Assembly (NCBI GenBank): GCA_045123995.1
Contig: JBGVKY010000014.1
Span: 201,860-265,859 of the forward strand
Reading direction: 5' to 3'
DNA length: 64,000 nt
From: Clostridia bacterium
Lineage (GTDB): Bacteria; Bacillota; Clostridia; CAKSNL01; HGM11501
The notes under the pieces are model-generated. The model was not told the DNA's origin. It saw only the letters and a program-made list of their open reading frames with translations, and did no database searches. The position numbers were made by a program, and so were the translations under genes. Numbering within the stretch: position 1 is the stretch's first letter; each line of letters begins with the position of its first letter. Positions 1-8,821 of the stretch are shown here, one piece after another.

Positions 1-74
1 AAAACAAATAAAAGAAAAAAGATAGAAAAAATGTTGAAAAATCAAAAGGAAAATCATGAAATAAGGGTGTAATT

Positions 75-230
75 ATGGCAGATATAATTTCCTTGATAAT
101 TATTTTTTCGGTAATAGTAGGGGCAGTTTTATATCTTTTAAGAGCTAAAAAAAGAGGAGAAAAATGTATAGGCTGTCCTTATGCGAAACAATGTAAAAAA
201 GAAAATTGCGAAAAAAATAAGACTGCTTGA
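75..230 (+). CDS. FeoB-associated Cys-rich small membrane protein (51 aa, below ORF-track cutoff)
   Basis: ATG at 75-77 and TGA at 228-230. Translation MADIISLIIIFSVIVGAVLYLLRAKKRGEKCIGCPYAKQCKKENCEKNKTA has one N-terminal TM helix, a basic stretch and a CxGC..C..C tail, which is the pattern of this family. A hairpin terminator follows. Confidence 0.6.
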   Translation: MADIISLIIIFSVIVGAVLYLLRAKKRGEKCIGCPYAKQCKKENCEKNKTA

Positions 231-247
231 GCAGTCTTATTTTTTTG
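211..247. terminator. Bidirectional intrinsic terminator between convergent genes
   Basis: Stem ATAAGACTGC (217-226) / GCAGTCTTAT (231-240) with loop TTGA. An A-run lies upstream and a T-run (241-246) downstream. Confidence 0.6.
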
Positions 248-830
248 AATCCTGAGGTTTTTTATTGAACTTTCTTCTGAAGTTTCTGTTATGCGGTTTA
301 AAAGGAATTGGAGCAGGCTTATTTTCTCCATCTGGAGATGCGCTCTTAGCCTGTGCAACCGGTTTTTCTGACGGTTTTGTTTCTTCGGGTCTTTTATGAT
401 TAACAGAAGAATTTCTGTTTCTGTGATGGTTCTGATAATTACCCTTTCCGTTTCTCTGTCCGTTGTGACGGTTATGATTTTTATGAGAGTCATCTGCTGT
501 GCGGGATGAATGTTCGTGATTTCTCTGAGGAGCTTTCTTAATAGGAACATCCACATCGGGAAGAGGGGGGATGGGATCGAATACCGTGGGAATTAAAAAT
601 ATTTCGTCTCCGTCGATAATCTCGCATTCTTCAAAGGTTTTAGAAAGGTCTTCTAATGCTTTGCCGTTATGCATAACCTGAAATGTTTTGGGGTCACTTG
701 AATCTACAATAAACTGAAATCCGATAAGTTTTTCAAGCATTACTCCGACAGGGATATCACTCGTAAGACGGTACTTTAATTTTCTTGTATCGTCCTTTCC
801 GTATATAAATGTGATTGTAAGCTTCTGCAT
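237..830 (-). CDS. Hypothetical protein with an N-terminal ubiquitin-like (YukD/EsaB-like beta-grasp) domain and a His/Asn/Arg/Lys-rich disordered tail
   Basis: Preferred start is the ATG at 830, with a GAAAGGAA RBS 7 nt upstream. The N-terminus MQKLTITFIYGKDDTRKLKYRLTSDIPVGVMLEKL...ECEIIDGDEIFLIP resembles YukD-type beta-grasp proteins. The C-terminal ~110 aa are low complexity (NHEHSS..HKNHNRHNGQRNGKGNYQNHHRNRN). Confidence 0.6.
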   Translation of the reverse strand: MQKLTITFIYGKDDTRKLKYRLTSDIPVGVMLEKLIGFQFIVDSSDPKTFQVMHNGKALEDLSKTFEECEIIDGDEIFLIPTVFDPIPPLPDVDVPIKKAPQRNHEHSSRTADDSHKNHNRHNGQRNGKGNYQNHHRNRNSSVNHKRPEETKPSEKPVAQAKSASPDGENKPAPIPFKPHNRNFRRKFNKKPQDSKK

Positions 831-843
831 AATAAAATTCCTT

Positions 844-1599
844 TCAAAATAAGCACGGAGTGCTTTTCTTTGCAATTTTCAAATTAAAGGGAAAATTCAA
901 TTCCCTTAAGGTATTAAAGGTTGAATTGAACGCTAAATCTTCTGTGTTGTTATGTTCGCTTAAATGGGCGAGAAGGAAGTTTTTGGTTCCGGATAAAAGA
1001 AGTTCTCTGCAAACCTTTGCACAGTCCAAATTAGAAAGATGCCCCTTTTCACTTTTTATTCTTGCTTTAAGAAAATAAGGATAAGGCCCGTTTTTAAGCA
1101 TTTCTTCGTCGTGGTTTGATTCAATTATAACACCTTCTGAGCCCTTAAGATATGAAAACATTTCTTCTGTGACCAATCCTGTATCAGTGAGAATTGATAC
1201 CTTGGAAAAAGACGTTGTAAACGTAAATCCCAGTGAAGAGGGGGTATCGTGAGAAGAAGCAAATGGTGTTACTGAAACATCATTTATGTAAAAAGACTCT
1301 CCTTCTTTTACTGTAATAAATTGTTCTTTTGGGATCAAAATGCATTCTTTTTTTGTTTCCTCAGTTGTATATACGGGAATATCAAATTTCTTAGCCAGGA
1401 TATGAGCTCCCTTAATGTGGTCTGTATGAGGATGGGTGATTAAAAGAGCATCAGGTTGGGAAATTCCCAGTTCTGATAAGCCTTCCATAGCTTTTTTAAG
1501 ACTTATACCGCAATCGGTCATTATAAAAGTATTGCCCGACAAAATGATGCTTGAGTTTCCGCTGCTTCCGCTGGCAATGGTGCCTATCTTAAAGCTCAT
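844..1599 (-). CDS. MBL-fold metallo-hydrolase (YycJ/WalJ-like)
   Basis: HPHTDHIKG (HxHxDH) motif, ~250 aa, and an N-terminus GSSGNSSII typical of YycJ-like proteins. ATGA overlap with the murA stop at 1596-1599. Confidence 0.8.
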   Translation of the reverse strand: MSFKIGTIASGSSGNSSIILSGNTFIMTDCGISLKKAMEGLSELGISQPDALLITHPHTDHIKGAHILAKKFDIPVYTTEETKKECILIPKEQFITVKEGESFYINDVSVTPFASSHDTPSSLGFTFTTSFSKVSILTDTGLVTEEMFSYLKGSEGVIIESNHDEEMLKNGPYPYFLKARIKSEKGHLSNLDCAKVCRELLLSGTKNFLLAHLSEHNNTEDLAFNSTFNTLRELNFPFNLKIAKKSTPCLF

Positions 1600-2852
1600 T
1601 CTTCCACACGTTCAATTTGGGCACCCAAGGAACGGAGTTTACCCTCGAAGTTTTCATATCCTCTGTCTATGAAAGAAAGGTTTGAAACTTCGGTTACGCC
1701 CTCTGCCATGAGTCCTGCAATTACAACAGCGGCACCGCCACGTAAATCAGTAGCTTTGACAGGAGCACCGTAAAGCTTAGGAACAGATTCTATGGTGGCC
1801 ATTTTTCCTGAAGCGTTGATTTTTGCACCCATTCTTATGAGCTCATCTGTATACTGGAAACGGTTGTCCCAAACGCCCTCAACCATAACGCTTACACCCT
1901 GTGCAACAGTTAAAAGTGCAACCATCTGAGGTTGGAGATCAGTGGGAAAGCCTGGATAGGGCATTGTTAAAACGTTGGTGCACTTGAGAGAAGAAGTTCC
2001 TTTGACTCTTATGGAGTCGTCAAATTCGGTTACGGTTGCGCCAACCTCTATAAGCTTTGCGGTAAGTGATTCCATATGCTTTGGAATCACGTTTTTAATA
2101 AGTACATCTCCGCCTGTTGCGGCTGCGGCAATCATAAAGGTTCCTGCTTCAATCTGGTCTGGAATTATCTGATAAGTTCCTCCGTTCATGAAGTTTACGC
2201 CTTTTATTTTAACTCTGTTGGTACCTGCACCTCTTATGTTGGCACCCATGGCATTTAAAAAGTTTGCCATATCAACTATATGGGGCTCTCTTGCAGCATT
2301 TTCAATGACGGTTACGCCCTCTGCCTTGCAGGCAGCCAGCATAATATTTATTGTGGCACCGACACTTACTTTATCAAGATAGATATTTGCGCCTATAAGA
2401 GATTTGGCCTCGGCCTTTATAACCCCTCTGGAATCGTCAATTTGGGCACCCAGCGCAGTAAAGCCTTTTATGTGCTGGTCAATGGGACGGGTGCCGAAAT
2501 TACAGCCCCCGGGCATAGCAATTTCTGCCTTTTTAAATCGGCTTAAAAGTGCACCAATTAAATAGTAAGACCCTCTTATGCGCCTTACCAATTCATAGTC
2601 AGGAACTGCATAGGAGATATTTTCTGCATCAACCGTAATTGTATGTTCATCAGGTCTTTCTATAACTGCACCGAAACATTCAATCATCTCTAAAATAACG
2701 GATACGTCACTGATGGACGGTATATTTTCTATGCGGCATTTTCCGTTAACCAACAATGTACCTGCCAAAATGGCAAGAACGGAATTTTTTGCACCGCTTA
2801 TATTAACTGAACCGGAAAGAGGAGTTCCGCCTTTTATTATAAGTTTTTCCAT
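1596..2852 (-). CDS. murA: UDP-N-acetylglucosamine 1-carboxyvinyltransferase
   Basis: 418 aa, full-length similarity to MurA (MEKLIIKGGTPLSGSVNISGAKNS..., active-site GGCNFGTRPIDQH with Cys retained). Confidence 0.95.
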   Translation of the reverse strand: MEKLIIKGGTPLSGSVNISGAKNSVLAILAGTLLVNGKCRIENIPSISDVSVILEMIECFGAVIERPDEHTITVDAENISYAVPDYELVRRIRGSYYLIGALLSRFKKAEIAMPGGCNFGTRPIDQHIKGFTALGAQIDDSRGVIKAEAKSLIGANIYLDKVSVGATINIMLAACKAEGVTVIENAAREPHIVDMANFLNAMGANIRGAGTNRVKIKGVNFMNGGTYQIIPDQIEAGTFMIAAAATGGDVLIKNVIPKHMESLTAKLIEVGATVTEFDDSIRVKGTSSLKCTNVLTMPYPGFPTDLQPQMVALLTVAQGVSVMVEGVWDNRFQYTDELIRMGAKINASGKMATIESVPKLYGAPVKATDLRGGAAVVIAGLMAEGVTEVSNLSFIDRGYENFEGKLRSLGAQIERVEE

Positions 2853-2948
2853 TTTTAAATCCCCTGTCGATAGTTTTTATAAATTTAACTATATTTATTT
2901 AATTATACTACTAATTAAACAAAAAAGCAATGTTTTTCTAAATAAGTT

Positions 2949-4070
2949 TTATATAAAGAGTATTATGGTCATTGCAATGGTGAGTAAAAACACAAAGGAA
3001 AAGTTAAAAAGTGAAAAAAGACCGATATAACGCCAGGATTTCCCGGGATTATATTTAAGATATTCTCTGAAAGTGATTAAACTTGCGAGGGAAGCAATAA
3101 GTGTTCCTGCACCGCCTATATTTACGCCTAAAAGAAGTTCCTTATAGTTCGCTGTAAACTGTGAAAGTAAAATAGCAGAGGGTACGTTACTTATAAACTG
3201 ACAGGATAAAATTGAAAAGACCAAAGTGTTTTTTGATAAAAGTGAAGAAAAGAAATCCCGAACCAGTGGAATTCTCGCCATATTCCCTGAAAAAATAAAG
3301 AAGAAGAAAAAGGTGAATAAAAGGGGATAATCCACCTTTTTAAGGGCGTCTCTGTCTAAAAACAAAAGGGAAATCAAAATTATCAAAAGGCCCAGTAAGT
3401 AGGGAATTCCCTTAAAAACAATTAAAATAGAAAGGGCAAAAAGCAAAAGATATATGGTTTCTTTCTTCTTGTCCGTTGGGATTTCTTCGTCAGCAATTAA
3501 AAGAGGCTCTTTTTTTATAAAAAGGCAGCAGACTGTAATTAGTATAACTGAAATTATAAAGGGCGGAGCCATGATTTTCACAAATTCAAGTGTGGGAATT
3601 TCAAACTTGGAATAAAGATAAAGATTTTGCGGATTTCCAAAAGGAGTAAGCATTCCTCCTAAGTTTGCGGCAATATTCTGCATGATAAAAGTGAAAGCCA
3701 TGAGCTTTTCTTTCTTTGTACTGGTAAGAATGAGATATCCCAGGGGAAGGAAGGTTATAAGAGCCATGTCATTTGCGATGAACATGGAGCCTATAAATGT
3801 TATGTAAACCAAAGCCAGGATGGCATTTTTGGTATTTTTGAAGGACTTTACAATTTTTTTTGCCAGTATATAGAAAAAGTTTATGTTTTTAAGGGCACAA
3901 ACCACAGAAAGCACGGAAAAAAGACAGGCTAAGGTCTTAAAGTCAAAATATCCAAGATACCCTTTATCCGGCGGTATAATAAGCGTGGTTACTGCCGCCA
4001 GAAAAAGGGCAATAAACATCACGGCATTTTTCATTATGAATTTTTTTATCATGAAGATCAGCTCCGTCAT
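2949..4070 (-). CDS. Polytopic permease, ArsB/NhaD (citrate-transporter-like) superfamily
   Basis: About 11 predicted TM segments and a GNPQNLYL motif typical of this superfamily. The start at 4070 overlaps the upstream stop (TAATG). Alternative ATGs lie at 4052 and 4034. Confidence 0.6.
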   Translation of the reverse strand: MTELIFMIKKFIMKNAVMFIALFLAAVTTLIIPPDKGYLGYFDFKTLACLFSVLSVVCALKNINFFYILAKKIVKSFKNTKNAILALVYITFIGSMFIANDMALITFLPLGYLILTSTKKEKLMAFTFIMQNIAANLGGMLTPFGNPQNLYLYSKFEIPTLEFVKIMAPPFIISVILITVCCLFIKKEPLLIADEEIPTDKKKETIYLLLFALSILIVFKGIPYLLGLLIILISLLFLDRDALKKVDYPLLFTFFFFFIFSGNMARIPLVRDFFSSLLSKNTLVFSILSCQFISNVPSAILLSQFTANYKELLLGVNIGGAGTLIASLASLITFREYLKYNPGKSWRYIGLFSLFNFSFVFLLTIAMTIILFI

Positions 4071-6643
4071 TAAATATCTATATTGATTCTGTTAAAAGCA
4101 TTGTTTTCAGACTTTTCCGCGATTATTTTTCTCATGGAGGAAAGTGAAGATTGGACTTCTTCGAAAAACTCCGTTGCACTCACTCTTATAGCTCCGTGAC
4201 CAAAGATAATAACCTGCTCTAAAAAGTCTCCTGTTGCAACTAAAACTCTGTAATTTTTACTAAGTTCCTTTGAGGTTTTTTCAATGTAGGAATCGGCAGT
4301 TTCCGCCGTTTTTGTATATACCACTTTGATGCCGTTCACATCTTCAATGTCACGGCCCGGCCTTTTAACCTTGTATGCATCGAACACCAAAATTATATTA
4401 TGGCTGTTTAAGGCGTTATAGCTACATACCTTATCTATAAGTAAATCTCTGGCTGCATCTATATTTTTTTCTGCTAAAGCCTTGGTTTCGGGCCAGGAGA
4501 AAATAATGTTATAGCCGTCGATCAAAAGATAGGTGGGAAGAGGCTTATATGGCTTTGAAGCTTGTTTTTTGGTGGGAACGGGAGTGTTTTCTCTTTTTTC
4601 GGCATCAGGCTTTCTTTCTTTGATTTTACCGTAGGTACGTTCGAAAATTTCTAAAAGCTCATCTTCTGAATAATTTTTCTTTTTGGGCGGCTCGGTAATC
4701 AAACAAAGCTCCTCTTTCGGGCTTTCGGGCATGGGAAGATGCATATATTTTGTAACTTCATTCCATTTCGCCGTAAAGCCGCTTCCTCCGGCACAGAAAA
4801 CTGAATCGGGAGTATTTCTTAAATCGCTCTCAGGGTCGTATAGAGAGTTTTCAATAACCTCTTTTGGATTTATACAAAGGTCATAACCCGAGAAAGAAAA
4901 AGAAATATTGCCCTCTCCGTGAGTATAGGAACTTATTTCATCCGGATATTCTGAAATTAAAGAAACCGGAGCTCGTCCTTTTATTATAGAAATTTCCTTT
5001 TCGGTAAGGGGCGAAGAAAAGGATGCACCCATTCTGTCTAAGTCTGATAAGGCACGGCCCACTGATTTAGTGGGAACTTTCAATAAAAAGTCATAGTAGG
5101 GCTCTAAAAGCTGACTTTCTCCCTGCATTAAGCCCTGACGAACGGCACGGTAGGTTGCCTGACGGAAGTCGCCGCCCTCTGTATGCTTTAAGTGGGCTTT
5201 TCCGTTTATAAGGGTTATTTTGACATCAGTTAAGGGAGCTCCTGTGAGGACTCCTCTGTGATTTTTTTCCGCAAGATGGGTAAGTATGAGTCTTTGCCAG
5301 TTTTTAGAAAGTAAATCCTCGGAAATATCCGTGGCAAATAAAAGGCCTGAACCACGGGGTGCTTCTTCAAGTTTTAAGTGAACCTCCGCATAATGGCGTA
5401 AAGGCTCGAAGTGACCGAATCCGTAGGATGTCCCTTTTAAGGTTTCTTTGTATAAAATTTTTCTGCTTTCAAAAGCCACATCTAAAGAAAAACGTTCTGA
5501 TAAAATTCTTTTTAATACTTCAAGCTGGATTTTACCCATAACGCTGACGTCGATTTTTCCTGTATCTTCCGAAAAGGAAACGGATAATTTTGTTTCCTCC
5601 GCTTCAAGTTTACGGAATGAAGATAAGGCATAAGAAAGGTCTGTTCCCTCTTTTAAGGTAACCGTATAAGTGAAAACACTTTCTGATAAAAGGGAGGGAG
5701 GATTTTTTTCAAAACCCAGCCCGATTCCTGCTTCTACGGAAGAAAGTCCGGTAAGAGCCACCACCTGACCGGGGAGGGCTTCTCTTACGGGAGTGAAAGA
5801 ACTGCCGTGATAAATTCTTATCTCGTTGATTTTTTCTTCTCCGTCTTTTCCGGGAAGGGTCTTTTTTACTTCAAGGCTTCCGCCGGTTATCTTGACGTGG
5901 GTAAGTCTCTGACCCTTGTCGTCTTCTGAAATTTTAAAAACTTTTCCGCCGAAGTCCTTGGGGTATATTATCTCTTTTGTTAAATCAAAAAGGGAGGTTA
6001 AAAATTCTTCTACACCATCGCCTTTTAATGCCGAACCAAAAAAGCAGGGAAAGATTTTTCTTTCTTTTATGGCATCTTTTAAGGAATCGGTTTTGATTTT
6101 TCCCGTATCTAAAAATTCCTCCAAAAGCGTTTCTGAATTGGTTGCAACATTTTCAAAAAAAGTCTCGTCAATCACGGAAAAATCTTGACACAGGGGAGAG
6201 AGCTTGTCCTTTATTTCGGTAATTAAAGAAGACTTGCCCTCATTAAAAAGGTCGGTTTTATTTATAAAAATAAAGGTGGGGATTTTATAGTGCGATAAAA
6301 GATTCCATAAAGTAACGGTATGGCTCTGGACGCCCGAGGGAGCGCTTATAAGCAAAACGGCATAATCAAGAACCGAAAGCACACGTTCTGCTTCGGCTGA
6401 AAAATCAACGTGACCGGGAGTGTCCAATAGAGTGATTTCTGTGGTTTCGTTTTTTATTATTGCTTGCTTCGAAAAAATAGTTATTCCGCGGTCTTTTTCT
6501 ATTTCGTTGGTATCTAAATATGCATTTTTGTAATCGACTCTTCCCTTGGTACGAATGGAACCCGAAGTGTAAAGCAAAGCCTCCGACAAGGTGGTTTTTC
6601 CCGAGTCAACGTGAGCTAAAATTCCCAAAACTAATCTTTTCAT
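4070..6643 (-). CDS. Translational GTPase (TetM/EF-G-like, five-domain) fused to a C-terminal YacP/Rae1-like NYN ribonuclease domain
   Basis: G1 AHVDSGKT (aa 10-17), G2 RGITI, G3 DTPGH, G4 NKTD, and colinear TetM-like blocks (GKVFKI, LLEPY). A K/P/E-rich linker spans aa 640-703. It is followed by LLIDGYNIIF..VFDAY..ETADSYIE..VATGD. One uninterrupted 857-codon ORF. Confidence 0.85.
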   Translation of the reverse strand: MKRLVLGILAHVDSGKTTLSEALLYTSGSIRTKGRVDYKNAYLDTNEIEKDRGITIFSKQAIIKNETTEITLLDTPGHVDFSAEAERVLSVLDYAVLLISAPSGVQSHTVTLWNLLSHYKIPTFIFINKTDLFNEGKSSLITEIKDKLSPLCQDFSVIDETFFENVATNSETLLEEFLDTGKIKTDSLKDAIKERKIFPCFFGSALKGDGVEEFLTSLFDLTKEIIYPKDFGGKVFKISEDDKGQRLTHVKITGGSLEVKKTLPGKDGEEKINEIRIYHGSSFTPVREALPGQVVALTGLSSVEAGIGLGFEKNPPSLLSESVFTYTVTLKEGTDLSYALSSFRKLEAEETKLSVSFSEDTGKIDVSVMGKIQLEVLKRILSERFSLDVAFESRKILYKETLKGTSYGFGHFEPLRHYAEVHLKLEEAPRGSGLLFATDISEDLLSKNWQRLILTHLAEKNHRGVLTGAPLTDVKITLINGKAHLKHTEGGDFRQATYRAVRQGLMQGESQLLEPYYDFLLKVPTKSVGRALSDLDRMGASFSSPLTEKEISIIKGRAPVSLISEYPDEISSYTHGEGNISFSFSGYDLCINPKEVIENSLYDPESDLRNTPDSVFCAGGSGFTAKWNEVTKYMHLPMPESPKEELCLITEPPKKKNYSEDELLEIFERTYGKIKERKPDAEKRENTPVPTKKQASKPYKPLPTYLLIDGYNIIFSWPETKALAEKNIDAARDLLIDKVCSYNALNSHNIILVFDAYKVKRPGRDIEDVNGIKVVYTKTAETADSYIEKTSKELSKNYRVLVATGDFLEQVIIFGHGAIRVSATEFFEEVQSSLSSMRKIIAEKSENNAFNRINIDI
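4154..4534 (-). other. NYN (YacP/Rae1-like, PIN-like) nuclease domain portion of the fusion protein
   Basis: aa ~704-830: TYLLIDGYNIIFSWPE...NIILVFDAYKV...KVVYTKTAETADSYIEK...YRVLVATGDFLEQ. Four conserved acidic positions occur in the order expected for YacP-like NYN domains. Confidence 0.7.
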
Positions 6644-7380
6644 AACTTAAGTGTAATTTCTCCTGAATCAAGGATTTCAAATCCGTCTTCTTTTTCTATC
6701 AAAAGGGCACCTGAATCTAAAATTTCTCTGGCAAACCCTCTATATTCGTTATTGTTTTTTATATAAGTTACTTCTCTTCCTAAAACAAGGCTGTTTTCTC
6801 TGTAAGTTTTCATAAAGGATAAGTCAAAAGGCTTTTTCCAAAAGGTGAGAAGTCTTCTGATAAGATCCGAGGCGAGGAGATTTATGTCCACATCTTTGTT
6901 AAGCGAGGAAGCTATATCCTTTAAGGAATCGGGAAAGGATTGAGTGGTTAAATTTATGCCGATACCTATAAGAATAAAAGAAGTTTCTCCTTTTACCGAT
7001 TCGGTTAAAATTCCTGAAATTTTTCTGCCGGAAATATATAGGTCGTTAACCCATTTTATAGAGCATTTTACCCCGGTAAGGCTTAAGATGGAGTCAAAAA
7101 CCGCAACGGAAGAAGCAGTTGTTATATAGATATGGTTTTGCGTCTTATCAGAAAAGGGAAGGGCCAAAGTTAAATAAAGCCCGGTATCTTTAGGGGAGAA
7201 AAAGCTTTTGCCCTGTCTGCCTCGGCCTTCTGTCTGCTCTTTTGAAATTACCAAAAAGGGTGTTTTACTTCCGGCTTTAACTACTTCTTTTGCAAAGGTG
7301 CTGGTGGAGGAAATGGAGTCGAAAAAATAGATATCATTGATTTCGGGAATAAGTGATCTGAGTTTTTCTTCGTCAATCAT
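6640..7380 (-). CDS. birA: Biotin--[acetyl-CoA-carboxylase] ligase (group I, no HTH domain)
   Basis: GRGRQGKSFFSP and KWVNDLY motifs, 246 aa. Overlaps both neighbours (7373-7380 and 6640-6643). Confidence 0.85.
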   Translation of the reverse strand: MIDEEKLRSLIPEINDIYFFDSISSTSTFAKEVVKAGSKTPFLVISKEQTEGRGRQGKSFFSPKDTGLYLTLALPFSDKTQNHIYITTASSVAVFDSILSLTGVKCSIKWVNDLYISGRKISGILTESVKGETSFILIGIGINLTTQSFPDSLKDIASSLNKDVDINLLASDLIRRLLTFWKKPFDLSFMKTYRENSLVLGREVTYIKNNNEYRGFAREILDSGALLIEKEDGFEILDSGEITLKL

Positions 7381-8821
7381 TTTCTCTCCTCCTTTTAAGC
7401 GAGATAAATAAGATTAAAAGTGAAAATAAGATAATAGGTATATCACCCCAGAGAGTATAAAGGGTGGGGGAATCTATAAGAAGTACATTTTCTGTAAGGG
7501 ACCCTTCTTTGCCTGTGTCAAGATGTGATAAGATATTTCCCTTTGTGTCTATAAATGCAGAAATTCCTGTGGAAGCACTTCTCACCACATATTTTCTGTT
7601 TTCTACCGCACGGAATATGCTGTGGCACAAGTGGAGATAGGCACTTCTTCCTTTGGAAAACCATGAGTCATTGGTGGAAATGCAAAGGATATTAGCACCA
7701 TTTTTTGAAGTCTCCCTGGAAAAGTCAGGGAACATGGAATCAAAGCATATAACAGCGCCGATTGAAATGCCATCCTTCGTAAGTGGAACGGATGAATTCC
7801 CCATTGAAAACCCTACATCTTTTAATTCAGGGAAAAACAAATCAAGCAAAGGATAATATTCACCGTAGGGAACTAAATGTCTTTTGTGAAAAACCTGGTC
7901 ATCCCCCGGGATAAGGTATGATGATGTGTATTTTTTATCTTCAGTTTCATCTTCATATAAAGCTCCAAGCAGGGCGACAACTCCATTTTCTTCAGCAGTA
8001 TTTTTCATTTTATCAAAAAAAGGACTTTTATTAAGATAAAGGGGGATGGCGCTTTCTGCAAAAACTATAAGGTCAGCACCCTTTAATTCTTCCGTAGTTT
8101 CTTCAATTATTTTGTTTGGCGGTGTTGTCCATTTCACAAAGGTCCCGTATCCGTTCTGCACACATTTGGCGGTGATTTTTTCACCCTTTTCCGGAGAAAA
8201 ATATAAAAAGGAAGAGAGAAGTATATTAACCAAAAGTAAAGCTACGGGAGAAATCATATATTTTATGTTTTTCTCATGAAAGGACATAGCCAGAGAGGAA
8301 GAAAAATATATTATAATAAAAGAAATAAAGAGCATGCCGAATATTGAAGCAGTCTGTATCAAAAAAGGGAATGAAGCAAGGGGCAGAGAAATTCTACCCC
8401 AGGGATATCCAAGGGGTGTTGCAGGAAGAGAAATTATATATTCATATAAAACCCAAAGGCTTGAAAAAATGAGAGGGGAACTTTTTTTGGCTGCCCTTTT
8501 TTGGAAATATGAATAGACTTTTGCAAATAAACCCGCAAAAAGCCCCTCAGCTAAAATTACGATGCAATAAGCAATCAAAGGAAACAGCTTTCTAAAAAGA
8601 GAACTTTCTGAAAGATGCGAAAGATCGAGGCTTGATAGAAACAAAGAGTTTATAAGGAAAAAAAAGAAACCAAACAAAAAGCCCTTGGCAAAGCACCTCT
8701 TTTCGTTTAGGAGGGAAAGGAAAAATAACGAAGGTGAAATAAAAAGAAAGGGCCATGTATTTTCTGTGATAAATGAAAGGCCTGATAAAAATGCTGAAAC
8801 CAGGCAAAAAACAATGTCCAT
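7373..8821 (-). CDS. lnt: Apolipoprotein N-acyltransferase
   Basis: The N-terminal half is multi-TM and the C-terminal half is a CN-hydrolase domain. The E-K-C triad context is intact (IVFAESAIP, HKRHLVPYGEY, VICFDSMFP). Confidence 0.75.
   Translation of the reverse strand: MDIVFCLVSAFLSGLSFITENTWPFLFISPSLFFLSLLNEKRCFAKGFLFGFFFFLINSLFLSSLDLSHLSESSLFRKLFPLIAYCIVILAEGLFAGLFAKVYSYFQKRAAKKSSPLIFSSLWVLYEYIISLPATPLGYPWGRISLPLASFPFLIQTASIFGMLFISFIIIYFSSSLAMSFHEKNIKYMISPVALLLVNILLSSFLYFSPEKGEKITAKCVQNGYGTFVKWTTPPNKIIEETTEELKGADLIVFAESAIPLYLNKSPFFDKMKNTAEENGVVALLGALYEDETEDKKYTSSYLIPGDDQVFHKRHLVPYGEYYPLLDLFFPELKDVGFSMGNSSVPLTKDGISIGAVICFDSMFPDFSRETSKNGANILCISTNDSWFSKGRSAYLHLCHSIFRAVENRKYVVRSASTGISAFIDTKGNILSHLDTGKEGSLTENVLLIDSPTLYTLWGDIPIILFSLLILFISLKRRREND

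Noticed and set aside
1-72. Frame-1 ORF open from the window edge to TAA at 70-72 (..KTNKRKKIEKMLKNQKENHEIRV). It might be the 3' end of feoB, because a FeoB-associated small protein follows.
   Set aside because: Only 23 codons are visible, and this basic tail does not look like a FeoB C-terminus. Neither coding status nor identity can be supported.
4070-6643. Calling the GTPase a tetracycline-resistance ribosomal protection protein (Tet(M)/Tet(O)-like).
   Set aside because: The similarity is at family level only. There is no mobile-element context, and the extra NYN domain argues for a different function. A resistance call would be an over-annotation.
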